A stretch of 33,966 nucleotides of DNA from a virus (Duplodnaviria > Caudoviricetes). Under the pieces are notes generated by a model that saw only the letters and a list, made by a program, of their open reading frames with translations, was not told where the DNA came from and did no database searches. Shown here piece by piece: positions 1-9,385 of this stretch. Position 1 is the stretch's first letter, and the number at the start of each line of letters is the position of its first letter. The translations under genes were made by a program, and so were the position numbers. The stretch is from positions 1 through 33,966 of the IMG/VR virus record IMGVR_UViG_3300032225_000821; one strand, 5' to 3'.

Positions 1-451
1 CGTGGTGCAGATTCAGCAAAAGATGACCGCCGCCGGCCTCTACTCCGGCCTGTGGGACGGCTACTACTCGCCCGCCCTCACTCAGGCCGTCGCCGAGTGG
101 CAGGTCCGCCTCGGTATCACCTCCGACGGCGCCTGGGGCCCTCGCACCGCCAAGGCGACCGCAGCATGGGAGGCATGGATCGCCTCGATCCGCCCGACCG
201 TCAAGCGCCCGGTGCCGGTGATTCACCCGGGCCAGCATGGGCGCAACGTCCGCCATCTCCAGAAAGCCACGAACGCCCTCGGCATCAAGGTCCACAAGCA
301 GCCCCTCGGCCTCAACGGCGTCTACGGGCCCGACACGCAGAACGCCGTCGCCAAGTTGAAGGCTTCGTGCCACCTCAACGCCAAGCGCCCTCCGTTCTCC
401 CGGCGTGCTGCGGCGTGCCTTGACCGCAAGCTCAGAAAGGCCGGACGATGA
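1..451 (+). CDS. Endolysin, C-terminal peptidoglycan-binding domains (5' truncated)
   Basis: PG-binding-1-like motifs (DGYYSPALTQAVAEWQ, DGAWGPRT, V.HLQ..NGVYGPDTQNAV); followed by membrane proteins. Confidence 0.8.
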   Translation, partial: VVQIQQKMTAAGLYSGLWDGYYSPALTQAVAEWQVRLGITSDGAWGPRTAKATAAWEAWIASIRPTVKRPVPVIHPGQHGRNVRHLQKATNALGIKVHKQPLGLNGVYGPDTQNAVAKLKASCHLNAKRPPFSRRAAACLDRKLRKAGR

Positions 452-834
452 TCGCCGCCGTAATCCCTCACCCGACGACCGACCCTCTGGCGCATCTGTC
501 CTACTTCGCCTCCGTCGTGATCGCCATGACGCCGATTGCCGGCGGACTGTGGGCCGCCTACCGCCACCACGAAAAGAAGAAGGCTCTCCGGCTCCAGGAT
601 CACACCGACAAGGTGGACGCCTTGCACGACGTGATCGTCGGACGTGAGCCGACCATCGAGAACCCGCACCCGCAGCTCGGAATCTTCCAGCGCCTTGAGC
701 GCATGGAGGCCGACCTTCTTGACCTCAAGGACGGGCTGGAGAACGTCCGCAAGGAGGTCACCCCAAACGGCGGGAACACGAACCGCCTCGGCGACCGAGT
801 CAAGCGCCTCGAGGAGAGGCTCGCCAAGTCGTGA
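448..834 (+). CDS. Membrane protein with coiled coil, holin/lysis accessory candidate
   Basis: One N-terminal hydrophobic helix plus C-terminal coiled coil; ATGA-coupled to the endolysin. Confidence 0.6.
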   Translation: MIAAVIPHPTTDPLAHLSYFASVVIAMTPIAGGLWAAYRHHEKKKALRLQDHTDKVDALHDVIVGREPTIENPHPQLGIFQRLERMEADLLDLKDGLENVRKEVTPNGGNTNRLGDRVKRLEERLAKS

Positions 835-1160
835 GGCGCATCGGCTCCGTCTTGGACTCCATCGGCGTCAAGATCACGAGCGCCGTCGGCACGATGTGGT
901 GCGCCCTCGCCTTCGCCTGCCTCGCCCTCGTCTCGCTCCCCGACGCCCTCCGCACTGGACGCCCGGCGATCGTCTCATGGGTGGCGCAGACCTTCCTCCA
1001 GCTCGTCCTCCTCTCCGTCATCATGGTCGGCCAGCAGGTGCAGGGCCGGAGCACCGAGCGGATCATCAGCGAGACGCACGCCCTCGCCGAGGAGTCACGC
1101 CAAGAGATCATTGCCATCCTGCGAGAGGTCCACAACATTGAGGACGACCTAGATGACTGA
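831..1160 (+). CDS. Two-TM membrane protein (DUF1003-like), holin candidate
   Basis: ITSAVGTMWCALAFACLALVSLP...WVAQTFLQLVLLSVIMVGQ hydrophobic segments; lies in the lysis cassette. Confidence 0.55.
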   Translation: MRRIGSVLDSIGVKITSAVGTMWCALAFACLALVSLPDALRTGRPAIVSWVAQTFLQLVLLSVIMVGQQVQGRSTERIISETHALAEESRQEIIAILREVHNIEDDLDD

Positions 1161-1665
1161 CCGCTACCGCACCATCCGAGCCGGCGACCTCGTGCTGGCC
1201 CACGGCACCGGCATCATCTCCAAGATCATCCGCTTCGGCCAATGGCTCCGCCCGTCCTGGCGCCCGTATCGCTACTGGAATCACACCGCCATCGTCGTCG
1301 CCGAACTCGACGGCGTGGTCAAGTGCGTCCAGATGGCCCGACGCTGCGAGATCGTGACCCTCGACGAGGTCGCCCCCGGCGGTCGTGTGCAAGTCCGCTC
1401 CATCCCCGACGGCGTCGATCGCCTCCGGGCCGTGGATTGGGCGCTCCAGCAGGCTCGGGCCGGTCGGCGCTACTCATTCCTCACGATCATCAGCATCGCC
1501 CTCCAGCTCATTACCCCCAAGTGGCTCAACGTGGACTTCCACGAGAATCACCCCGCTCTCATTTGCAGCGCCTTAGTGGCCCGAGCGTGGGAACATGGAG
1601 GCTGGGACTGTCCTAGCGACCCGTTCCAGATCACCCCCGCCGAGCTCGCAAGGATCACCGCATGA
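1153..1665 (+). CDS. Permuted papain-like NlpC/P60 hydrolase (YiiX/YebB-like)
   Basis: GDLVL, WNHTAIV (His) preceding Y-S-F and LICSALVARAW (Cys): circularly permuted catalytic order. Confidence 0.8.
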   Translation: MTDRYRTIRAGDLVLAHGTGIISKIIRFGQWLRPSWRPYRYWNHTAIVVAELDGVVKCVQMARRCEIVTLDEVAPGGRVQVRSIPDGVDRLRAVDWALQQARAGRRYSFLTIISIALQLITPKWLNVDFHENHPALICSALVARAWEHGGWDCPSDPFQITPAELARITA

Positions 1666-4600
1666 CCTACAGAATCGTCGTTCCTGTCGAGGGCTCCGGC
1701 GGATTCATCAACGGCGTCACGGTCGACGCCTGGAAGGTGACCCGGTTTGCCAACACGAACGTCCCCGCCAAGGATGCCTCGCCGCCCTCCGGCTCGCCCG
1801 ATGCTGGCCCGGTCACCACGGCGACCAACGGCGCCCCCGGTCAGGCCGTCCTCGACGTGGAGGCCGGCTACTCCTACAACATCCGAGTGCAGCAAGGCTC
1901 CAACGCCTACTGGACGCAAACCTCCGAGCCCCTCGCCGCCGGCGTCGCCTCCACGGCGCTTCAGTCCTTCCAGGGCCGCACCGCCACCGCCGCCGTCCTG
2001 ACCAAGGCGGACGTGACCGGCACCGGCCTCACCTACTCCGACGTGAACGCCGACATCTCAGGCGCCGCCGCCACCAAGGTCGCCAAGGACTCCCTCGTCT
2101 ACAACGTCCTTGACCACGGGATCGTCTGCGACTCCTCGACTGACAACGCCTCGGCCATCAACGCCCTCATCTCGTCGATGCCATCGGGCAGCACCCTCTA
2201 CTTCCCGCCAGCGCCGGTCGGCACGACCCGCTACTACGGCGTCCGCTCGCCCATCGAGGTCACGAGGCAGATCGTCCTCCGAGGTGATTCACTCGGCACC
2301 GCCTCGGGATCGAGCACCATCGCCACCCGCATCCGAGCCCTGTCGGGATTCACCGGCGGCGCCATCATCCGCAACTTCGCCACGAGCGACTACAAGACCG
2401 TCATCACGCACACCGGCGTTAGCACGACCAACGGCTCCGCCGTCATCAACGACCCGAGCGCCTCATCTCTCAGCACCTACGTCAACGCCCTCGTCACCGG
2501 CACCGGCATCCCGACCGGCTCCTACATCAAGTCCGTCAACACGAGCACCGGGGACATCACCATCTCGCAGGCGGCGACGGCGGACGGCTCCGTATCGGTG
2601 CAGTACGGCGACATCAACGGCAAGGCCTACGCCCCCAACTACGCCCCGTCGCACGTCAACGCCCTCACCATCAAGGACATCACCATCGACCTCGGCCAGG
2701 AGTCGGGCGGCGTGGCCGTGTGCAACAACACCGTCGGCCTCCAGCTCACCGGCATCTACGAGCGCACCGAGATCCGCAACGTCGTCATCCAGAACAACAA
2801 CGCCCCGAACGCTTACGGCAACGTCGCCGTCGGCGTCTACAACTCACTCGGCGGCGGTAGTGCGATCGGGCGCTACATCATGGACCACGTCACGGTCTAC
2901 GGCTACGGCTGGCTCCACGAGCTCGCCCTGGACGGCACCAACGGCGGCACGATCCTCGGCGACATGATGCTGGACTGTGGCGTCACCAACTGGACCACGA
3001 CGCCCGGACCTCCCGATGGCACGACGCACCAGTCCTCCGTGTTCTACGTCAACGCCGTCCGTGGTGCCTACATCGAGGGCCACGCCGAGGCGATCCCGCC
3101 GAACAGCGCCGCCGCAACGTGGGCCTCGAGCACCGCCTACGCCAAGGACGCCCCCATCGTGGTCAACGGCGTCCAGTATTGGGCCACGACCGCCGGCACC
3201 TCGAGCGGCAGCGCCCCGGCGTTCTACGGCACCTGGCAACCGAGCACCGCCTACACCGTGAACACGATCGTCAACAACCTCCTCGGCGCCGCCTCAAGCG
3301 CCATCCTGTTCAAGTGCACCGTGGCCGGGACGAGCGGCTCAACCCCGCCGGCGTGGAGCTACGACACGACCACGACCTTCACCGATGGCGGCGTCACCTG
3401 GCAGCCCGTCGGCGTGTGGACCCTCGGCACGATCACGGACAACACGGTCCGATGGACGCCCAAGACGACCGCCCCCTACGCCGCCCAGCCGTGGGTCGCC
3501 AACACCTACATCCCGACCGACACCTACGGCAACACGACCGTCACCGAGGCCGGCTACCCCAACGTCGTCTACCGATGCACGACCTCGGGCACGACCGGCT
3601 CGTCAAACCCGTCATGGAACCGCACCCTCGGAGCGACCACGACCGACGGCTCCGTCGTCTGGCGTTGCGTCTCCACCGATGCCGGCGACTGCGCCAACGT
3701 GCGCCTCATCGACTGCCCCGACGCCTACGTCCGAGTCCTGTTCAAGACTGACCAATGGGCCGTGGCGACTCGTCCGATCGTGCGAGCGACTCAGACCGCC
3801 ATCTTCAGCACCACCTCAACCGCCTCCGGCACGAACCCGATGTCGTCGCCCAAGCTTGACCATTGCATCCTCTCGCAGCAGCCCGGACGAGGATGGATCG
3901 GCAGCATCGTCGAGGACTACATGGGCGGACTCACCCGTGTCCTCTCCTACGACCCCACGACCTTCAACCCGTCATGGATCACCTACGACGGGATCACCTG
4001 CGAGTACGGCAACGCCAACAACTACAGCCCGTACTATTCGGTCCCGACCGTCATCTCCTACGTCAGCGGCGCCCCTGTGACGCTCGCCGGCGATGTCACG
4101 GGCGCCAGCAACTCCAACACGGTCGGCAAGATTCAAGGCGTCGCCGTCAGCGCTGCCGATGCCACGCTCGTCAGCCAGGGCGACAACGTGAGCACTCAGT
4201 CGTCGCTCGTCTCGAGGACGGCCAACCCCGGCGAGATGACCGTCGTGAACTCAACGAGCGGCGGCACCCTGACCCTCCCGACCGCCCCGACTCAGGGCAC
4301 CCTCAACACGGTCGCCAACAACACGAGCGGGTCGATCACCGTCACCAGCGCCGCCAACACGCTCAGGACGTTCGGCACCGTCGTGACCAACTACACCTTG
4401 GCCGCCAACACGCTCAGCCAATGGCGCTACTCGGGCTCCGTGTGGGTGCTCGTCGCCCTTTCGCCCTCGTCGCCGCTCCTCACGGGCAACAACCTCAGCG
4501 AGCTCACGGCCACGGCCTCGACCGCCAGGACGAACCTCGGCCTCGGCACCGCCGCCACCTCGGCTTCGTCGGACTTCCTCGCCGCTGGCTCCACGGCCTC

Positions 4601-5726
4601 GGGCGATGTCACCGGCACCCTCGGCTCCTCGCTCACGGTCGGCAAGGTGCAAGGCGTGGCGATCACGAGCAACGAGGCCACGCTCGTCACTCAGACGGAC
4701 AACACTTTCACGACCACGAACATCACGACCCGGACGATGAACCTCGGCGAGATGCTCGTCATCAACGGCACCGGCGGCGGAGGAGTCACCGTCACCTTCC
4801 CGAGCAGCCCTGCGACCGGCACCATCAACACGATCGCCAACAACACCTCGAGCACGATCGGCTTGTCGGCGCCTGGTATCACCCTGAGATACCTCACCGG
4901 CCTCGGCAGCTCCTTTACTCAGCCCGCCAACTCGGCGACACGATGGGAATGGTCCGGCGCCGCTTGGGTACTGATCGCCTACTCGCCGACCGCCTACGCT
5001 CCGAGCGGCTCAGCAGGCGGCGACCTGACCGGCACCTACCCGAGCCCGACCCTCGCCGCCGCCTACGCTGGCTCCTCGCCGGTCGGCTCCGCCACCGCCG
5101 TCCCGGTCCTCACGATTGACACCAAGGGCCGGATCACGGCGACCTCGACCGCCGCACCATCCGACACGACCCGAGTGCTCAAGGCCGGCGACACCATGAG
5201 CGGCGCCCTGGCAATGGGATCGAACAAGATCACCGGCCTCGCCGCCGCCAGCGCCAACGGTGACGCCGTCCGCTACGAGCAGATCACGACTCTCAAGGGC
5301 ATCGAGATCGCATCGACCTACTACACCGCCAACGTCTCCAAGACGGTCACCGGCTCCACACTTGCCGCTTTCGACACGACGAACCTCACCGTTTCGTTCA
5401 CCGCTCCGGCCTCCGGGCAGGTGTGGGCCGAGCTCATCGGCGTCATCACGGTCGGCACCGCAGGCACCAACGCCTTCTGGGGAGTCGCCACGCACAACAC
5501 GACGACCGTCCAGGGCTCTCTCACGATGGCTACGCAGACCTCAACGCAGATCAACGGACGAGCGATGATCCTGATCACCGGCCTCACGCCCGGATCGTCG
5601 TATCAGTACGATTGGGTCGGCGCCACCGGCACGACCGGATCGGTCACTCAGACCCTCACGATCCGCTCGCAGACCACGGCGACGGGCGCTGGCGGTCCGG
5701 CCATCATGCGAATCCTTACGGCATGA
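1662..5726 (+). CDS. Tailspike/tail fibre with pectate-lyase-like beta-helix and carbohydrate-binding repeats
   Basis: YNVLDHGIVCDSSTDNASAIN...TLYFP beta-helix entry motif; W-x-x-[S/N]T-x-Y repeats; Ser/Thr/Gly-rich, 1354 aa. Confidence 0.8.
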   Translation: MTYRIVVPVEGSGGFINGVTVDAWKVTRFANTNVPAKDASPPSGSPDAGPVTTATNGAPGQAVLDVEAGYSYNIRVQQGSNAYWTQTSEPLAAGVASTALQSFQGRTATAAVLTKADVTGTGLTYSDVNADISGAAATKVAKDSLVYNVLDHGIVCDSSTDNASAINALISSMPSGSTLYFPPAPVGTTRYYGVRSPIEVTRQIVLRGDSLGTASGSSTIATRIRALSGFTGGAIIRNFATSDYKTVITHTGVSTTNGSAVINDPSASSLSTYVNALVTGTGIPTGSYIKSVNTSTGDITISQAATADGSVSVQYGDINGKAYAPNYAPSHVNALTIKDITIDLGQESGGVAVCNNTVGLQLTGIYERTEIRNVVIQNNNAPNAYGNVAVGVYNSLGGGSAIGRYIMDHVTVYGYGWLHELALDGTNGGTILGDMMLDCGVTNWTTTPGPPDGTTHQSSVFYVNAVRGAYIEGHAEAIPPNSAAATWASSTAYAKDAPIVVNGVQYWATTAGTSSGSAPAFYGTWQPSTAYTVNTIVNNLLGAASSAILFKCTVAGTSGSTPPAWSYDTTTTFTDGGVTWQPVGVWTLGTITDNTVRWTPKTTAPYAAQPWVANTYIPTDTYGNTTVTEAGYPNVVYRCTTSGTTGSSNPSWNRTLGATTTDGSVVWRCVSTDAGDCANVRLIDCPDAYVRVLFKTDQWAVATRPIVRATQTAIFSTTSTASGTNPMSSPKLDHCILSQQPGRGWIGSIVEDYMGGLTRVLSYDPTTFNPSWITYDGITCEYGNANNYSPYYSVPTVISYVSGAPVTLAGDVTGASNSNTVGKIQGVAVSAADATLVSQGDNVSTQSSLVSRTANPGEMTVVNSTSGGTLTLPTAPTQGTLNTVANNTSGSITVTSAANTLRTFGTVVTNYTLAANTLSQWRYSGSVWVLVALSPSSPLLTGNNLSELTATASTARTNLGLGTAATSASSDFLAAGSTASGDVTGTLGSSLTVGKVQGVAITSNEATLVTQTDNTFTTTNITTRTMNLGEMLVINGTGGGGVTVTFPSSPATGTINTIANNTSSTIGLSAPGITLRYLTGLGSSFTQPANSATRWEWSGAAWVLIAYSPTAYAPSGSAGGDLTGTYPSPTLAAAYAGSSPVGSATAVPVLTIDTKGRITATSTAAPSDTTRVLKAGDTMSGALAMGSNKITGLAAASANGDAVRYEQITTLKGIEIASTYYTANVSKTVTGSTLAAFDTTNLTVSFTAPASGQVWAELIGVITVGTAGTNAFWGVATHNTTTVQGSLTMATQTSTQINGRAMILITGLTPGSSYQYDWVGATGTTGSVTQTLTIRSQTTATGAGGPAIMRILTA

Positions 5727-5989
5727 GCACCCTCGTCATCCTCCCCGGGCCCGGCGCAACACCGCCGGCGGCTCCGGTCGTCGGCCTGTGGGTCGGCGTC
5801 ATCCTGGAGACTCCGGGCATCGTCCACGGCGGCATCAAGCTCCCGACCGTCACGGGCGCCGCCGTTGCCGTCGGATCGGTCGCCGGTCGCACCGCCACGG
5901 GATCTGCGGAATCGTCGGCGATTGCAGGTAGCGTCTACGGGAGAGTCAGCACATCGAGCGTCAGCTCGGATTGGATGGTGAAGCCGTGA
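5723..5989 (+). CDS. Hypothetical virion-associated protein
   Basis: ATGA overlap with the tailspike stop; coupled to the next gene. Confidence 0.55.
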   Translation: MSTLVILPGPGATPPAAPVVGLWVGVILETPGIVHGGIKLPTVTGAAVAVGSVAGRTATGSAESSAIAGSVYGRVSTSSVSSDWMVKP

Positions 5990-6312
5990 GCAGCGTCGGC
6001 GTGATCGAGGGGACCGTAGTCAGGTTCTACACCTCCTCGGCTTTCAAGGATGTCAGCGGGACCGCAGCGGACCCGACGGAGATCATCTTCGCCTATCAGG
6101 TCGGGAGCAACCCCGTCCGCCAGGTCGTCTACGGCGTCCCTCAGTCATGGGGGACCATCAGCCGAGACGGCACCGGCCTCTACCACGTCGACATCGACAC
6201 GACCGGATCGCCCGGCCTGTGGTCGTGGACGTGGGCCGGGATCGGAGCGGTGCAGGTCAAGACCGAGGGCCAGATCCTCGTCAACCCTGCCACCGTCGCC
6301 GTCACGCCATGA
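5986..6312 (+). CDS. Beta-rich Ig-like virion protein
   Basis: GTGA overlap; DGTGLYHVDID...GLWSWTWAG pattern typical of tail-associated beta proteins. Confidence 0.55.
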   Translation: MSSVGVIEGTVVRFYTSSAFKDVSGTAADPTEIIFAYQVGSNPVRQVVYGVPQSWGTISRDGTGLYHVDIDTTGSPGLWSWTWAGIGAVQVKTEGQILVNPATVAVTP

Positions 6313-6569
6313 AGCTCGCCGAGGCCGAGGCGCTCCTCAACCCTCCGCCTCTGTGCAAGATCGGCGCCTTCATCGTCGATATGGACGCCGACGACCTCGC
6401 CACGTTCGGACGATGGGTCGACGAAGGCCGATCGACCTCCTGGGTATCCAACGTGCTCGGCAAGGCCGGGCTGGCGTGCAAGCGGGACACGATCACGACG
6501 CACTGGCGAGGCCTCTGCCGTTGCCCCGAGGACACGCCCTACCGAGGGATCGTGGAGTGGGACGGCTAA
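6309..6569 (+). CDS. Small putative Zn-binding/HTH protein
   Basis: CKIG ... TITTHWRGLCRC; ATGA overlap; directly precedes the phosphoesterase. Confidence 0.6.
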   Translation: MKLAEAEALLNPPPLCKIGAFIVDMDADDLATFGRWVDEGRSTSWVSNVLGKAGLACKRDTITTHWRGLCRCPEDTPYRGIVEWDG

Positions 6570-7756
6570 GCGACCACGAGCCTCGAGCACCGAGGCACGT
6601 TCAGCAGCACCCGACCGGCTGGGAGCCGGCGCTGGAATGGTCCGAGACGGGCGGCACGATCTCAACGGGCCCGATGGAGCACGAGCCCGACGACGCCCTT
6701 TGGCAGCTCCTGATCGGTGACTGGGGCCTCGACCCCGCTCGGGTCCGCATCATCCCGGGCTCGGTGCAGATCCGAGCATGGGACGCCGCCATCGGAGGCG
6801 GTCAGGTTGAGCGGCTCCGGTATTACCGATGCAGGATCGAACCAACCGCCACAAACCTCGACCCCGCCGACATCGCCGCCCTCATCAAGTCCGTCTCCAA
6901 GCGCAAGCCCCGGAGCATCACGCCGCCAGAATCGTACGAGAGGGCTCTAGTCGTCCCTCTAAGCGATTGGCAGCTCGGCAAGGCACGAGAGCGAGGCGGA
7001 GGCACGCAGGAGACGACAGAGCGCATCTTGGACTCCCTTGACCGTCTCGTCGGCTACATCAAGGCACGCCGCAAGATGGGCCGAGCACCTCAGGCCGCCT
7101 ACCTCGTCGGCCTCGGCGACATCGTTGAGCAGTGTGACGGCCACTATGCCATGCAGGCCTTCGCCACCGACCTTGACCGCCGAGAGCAGATGCGCCTTGC
7201 CCGCCGGCTCATCCTCCAGTACGTCGAGGCGATGCTTGACCTCAAGCTCCCGGTCGTGCTCGGAGCGGTCCCGGGGAATCACGGCGAGAATCGACGCAAC
7301 GGGCAAGCCTTTACAACGTGGACGGACAACGACGACCTCGCCGTCTTCGAGCAGGTCGCCGAGGTGCTGGCGCATAACGCCGACCGTTACGGAGCCGTGT
7401 CGGTCCCGCTCGGAGCGATCGCCGAGGACCTCACGCTCACCCTCGACATCGCCGGCGTCCCGGTCGGCTTCGCCCACGGTCATCAGATCAAGCGAGGCGG
7501 GCCCGAGGCGTGGTGGAAGGGCCAGGCGCTCGGGCGCCAGCAGGTCGCCGACGCCGAGATCCTCGTCCTCGGCCACAAACACCACCTCATGCTCAGCGAG
7601 GCGACGGGCCGGACGATCCTCCAATGCCCGGCGATGGACGGCGGGAGCTACTGGTGGACGGCGCAGACGGGCCAGAGCGCCCCGAGCGGTATGCTGGCGT
7701 TCCTCGTCGGCTCAGGTTGTGGACCGAGAGGATGGTCCGACCTGGAGGTCATCTAG
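6557..7756 (+). CDS. Calcineurin-like metallophosphoesterase (Mre11/SbcD-like)
   Basis: All five motifs present: SDWQ, GDIVE, GNHGE, AHGH, GHKH; GTG start at 6557 inferred. Confidence 0.85.
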   Translation: MGRLSDHEPRAPRHVQQHPTGWEPALEWSETGGTISTGPMEHEPDDALWQLLIGDWGLDPARVRIIPGSVQIRAWDAAIGGGQVERLRYYRCRIEPTATNLDPADIAALIKSVSKRKPRSITPPESYERALVVPLSDWQLGKARERGGGTQETTERILDSLDRLVGYIKARRKMGRAPQAAYLVGLGDIVEQCDGHYAMQAFATDLDRREQMRLARRLILQYVEAMLDLKLPVVLGAVPGNHGENRRNGQAFTTWTDNDDLAVFEQVAEVLAHNADRYGAVSVPLGAIAEDLTLTLDIAGVPVGFAHGHQIKRGGPEAWWKGQALGRQQVADAEILVLGHKHHLMLSEATGRTILQCPAMDGGSYWWTAQTGQSAPSGMLAFLVGSGCGPRGWSDLEVI

Positions 7757-7947
7757 TGCTCAGTCTCACCGCCGTCTGTACCGTCTGCCGCAAGCAGTAC
7801 GGAGTGTTCACCGGACCGATGTCGAGCCTCAAGACCAAGAGCCTCCTCGAGTCACTCGCCAACGTCGAGGACTTGCATCACGAGTGCCTCCGGCGTGACC
7901 ACAACCTCCGACTCCTCAACCCGCAGCACCCGGCTTTCGCCTCCTAG
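7756..7947 (+). CDS. Hypothetical CxxC protein
   Basis: GTG overlapping the TAG stop; CTVC...HHEC; ends at the strand convergence point. Confidence 0.5.
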   Translation: MLSLTAVCTVCRKQYGVFTGPMSSLKTKSLLESLANVEDLHHECLRRDHNLRLLNPQHPAFAS

Positions 7948-8342
7948 AGCTCAAACGTCATCTGGCCGGTGTCCAGGAGGGCGACGATCGCCCGGCTCCT
8001 CTGCTTCGACTCCGACGACATCGAGTCGAAGTGCTCGAAGCATGGGCACCGCCAGCGACCGGCGTGCGGCGTGCCAACGTACTGCTCGGGGAGCCAGCCG
8101 CTCCCGTCGCAGTACGGGCACGCCACCGGGCTCACGAACCTCATGCAGTCCTGGCGACAGATGTACGGGTACTCTTTCTCGCCGGCGCAGACGGGCCGAT
8201 GGTCGGAGCGTCGATGCCCGCAGCCTCGGCAGAGCGGCTCGCAGTCGTGCGTCTCGATCCAGCCGTCCCACGTCCGGCGGTGGACTCGCTGCGAGCACTT
8301 CGGGCAGTCGATCACCTCGTGCGTCGGGTCGAGCTTCGCCAT
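7944..8342 (-). CDS. Cys-rich multi zinc-finger protein
   Basis: CPKC, CRGCGH, CPYCDGSG motifs. Confidence 0.65.
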   Translation of the reverse strand: MAKLDPTHEVIDCPKCSQRVHRRTWDGWIETHDCEPLCRGCGHRRSDHRPVCAGEKEYPYICRQDCMRFVSPVACPYCDGSGWLPEQYVGTPHAGRWRCPCFEHFDSMSSESKQRSRAIVALLDTGQMTFEL

Positions 8343-8524
8343 CACGACGAGAACCCCGGACGCCAGCACTCCTCGCCCTTGCCCCATCGGTGGATGCCAC
8401 GATCGGCGCCGCTAGAGGACAGTTGGATCTCCGTCGGCCAGCCTTTCGCCTTCGACCAGGTGGACATGAATCCGCAGTTGCAGGCCTGCCGGTAGCGGAC
8501 CTCGGGGAACATCTCCTCCGTCAT
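8342..8524 (-). CDS. Hypothetical protein
   Basis: Stop/start overlaps on both sides. Confidence 0.5.
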   Translation of the reverse strand: MTEEMFPEVRYRQACNCGFMSTWSKAKGWPTEIQLSSSGADRGIHRWGKGEECWRPGFSS

Positions 8525-8706
8525 CCGGGCTTGCACGCGCTCAGCACCTCGAGCGTCGTCTCCAGCTCGTGCCGCAGCGCATCCACCTCGTCCCGGAACT
8601 TCATCATCAGTTTCAGATAGTGCGTCTTGGCTCGGTGATTGGCGATGGCGATGTCACGCCACTCCTCCGCCGTGAAGTGATCGACGGGCAAGTCCTCGAT
8701 GCTCAT
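8521..8706 (-). CDS. Hypothetical coiled-coil protein
   Basis: ATGA overlap; GGCGGTG RBS-like sequence. Confidence 0.6.
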   Translation of the reverse strand: MSIEDLPVDHFTAEEWRDIAIANHRAKTHYLKLMMKFRDEVDALRHELETTLEVLSACKPG

Positions 8707-8930
8707 GCCGACACCGCCTGCTCGAGGTCGTACGTCGGGCCGCAAAAGCAGGTGTCGCAGCGGATGCCGTACTGAGCGGTTCCACGATCAAACAGGTCCC
8801 GAGCGGTCGCCCTCGTCGGCGTCTCGCCCTCCAGGATGGCGACGTAGGTGCAGATCGGGCAGAGCAGGTCGACACCGACCCACGTCCAGCGGGTCGGGTC
8901 GGTGCTGGTGATGGTGACGGGCGTGTTCAT
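8703..8930 (-). CDS. Hypothetical Zn-ribbon protein
   Basis: CPIC...CDTC; ATGA overlap. Confidence 0.6.
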   Translation of the reverse strand: MNTPVTITSTDPTRWTWVGVDLLCPICTYVAILEGETPTRATARDLFDRGTAQYGIRCDTCFCGPTYDLEQAVSA

Positions 8931-9121
8931 GCCGACACCGCCTGCGACTCCAGGACGATCGCCGCAGCGATGGTCGGGTACTTGTCGAAGATCCAGCGGG
9001 CGCCGGCGTCCATCGCCTCCTCGAGCGTGCAGCCCGTCTCGGCCATGAGGGCGAACGTCTCCCGGGCCATGATCTTCATAAGCTGCGAGAGATCCTCGGT
9101 GCGCTCGGTGCTTGCTTCCAT
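8927..9121 (-). CDS. Hypothetical protein, first gene after the promoter at 9141-9184
   Basis: Strong RBS AGGAGGT; promoter immediately upstream. Confidence 0.7.
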   Translation of the reverse strand: MEASTERTEDLSQLMKIMARETFALMAETGCTLEEAMDAGARWIFDKYPTIAAAIVLESQAVSA

Positions 9122-9140
9122 GATTACCTCCTAGTAGGTA

Positions 9141-9184
9141 CTGACTCCACAAGGAACTGTAATACATGGCGCCGGAGATGTCTA
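9141..9184 (-). promoter_or_regulatory. Sigma70-type promoter with GGAGTCAG leader
   Basis: TAGACA-17 bp-TACAGT; 9141-9175 is 33/35 identical to 13140-13174. Confidence 0.75.
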
Positions 9185-9385
9185 GTCCATTCTTCGGACG
9201 ATCTCCCAATAGGTCATCCGGTTCCGATTCTCCGAGCATCGGTGCCCGACCTCGGAGGCGAGCGTCTCGAGCTCCTCGCCGCACTTCGGGCACCGCCAGA
9301 GCCGACGCCCCTGGCGCTTCGCCTGCTCGGTCCTCACGATGCGCCGGGCCTCGGCGTCGAGGTGGAAGTAGTCACCGAGGTCCAC
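9182..9385 (-). CDS. Hypothetical Zn-ribbon protein
   Basis: WRCPKCGEE...HRC. Confidence 0.6.
   Translation of the reverse strand: MDLGDYFHLDAEARRIVRTEQAKRQGRRLWRCPKCGEELETLASEVGHRCSENRNRMTYWEIVRRMD

Noticed and set aside
1091-4790. Other GGAGTCA matches (1091, 4782)
   Set aside because: Inside coding sequence, with no promoter or RBS context; likely chance matches
4078-5000. Tail fibre duplication as a DGR template/variable repeat pair
   Set aside because: Copies diverge at all base types, both are in frame in one gene, and no reverse transcriptase is present in the window
6050-6556. N-terminal extension of the 568-aa phosphoesterase ORF
   Set aside because: Overlaps two better-supported genes in other frames; Arg/Pro-rich off-frame composition
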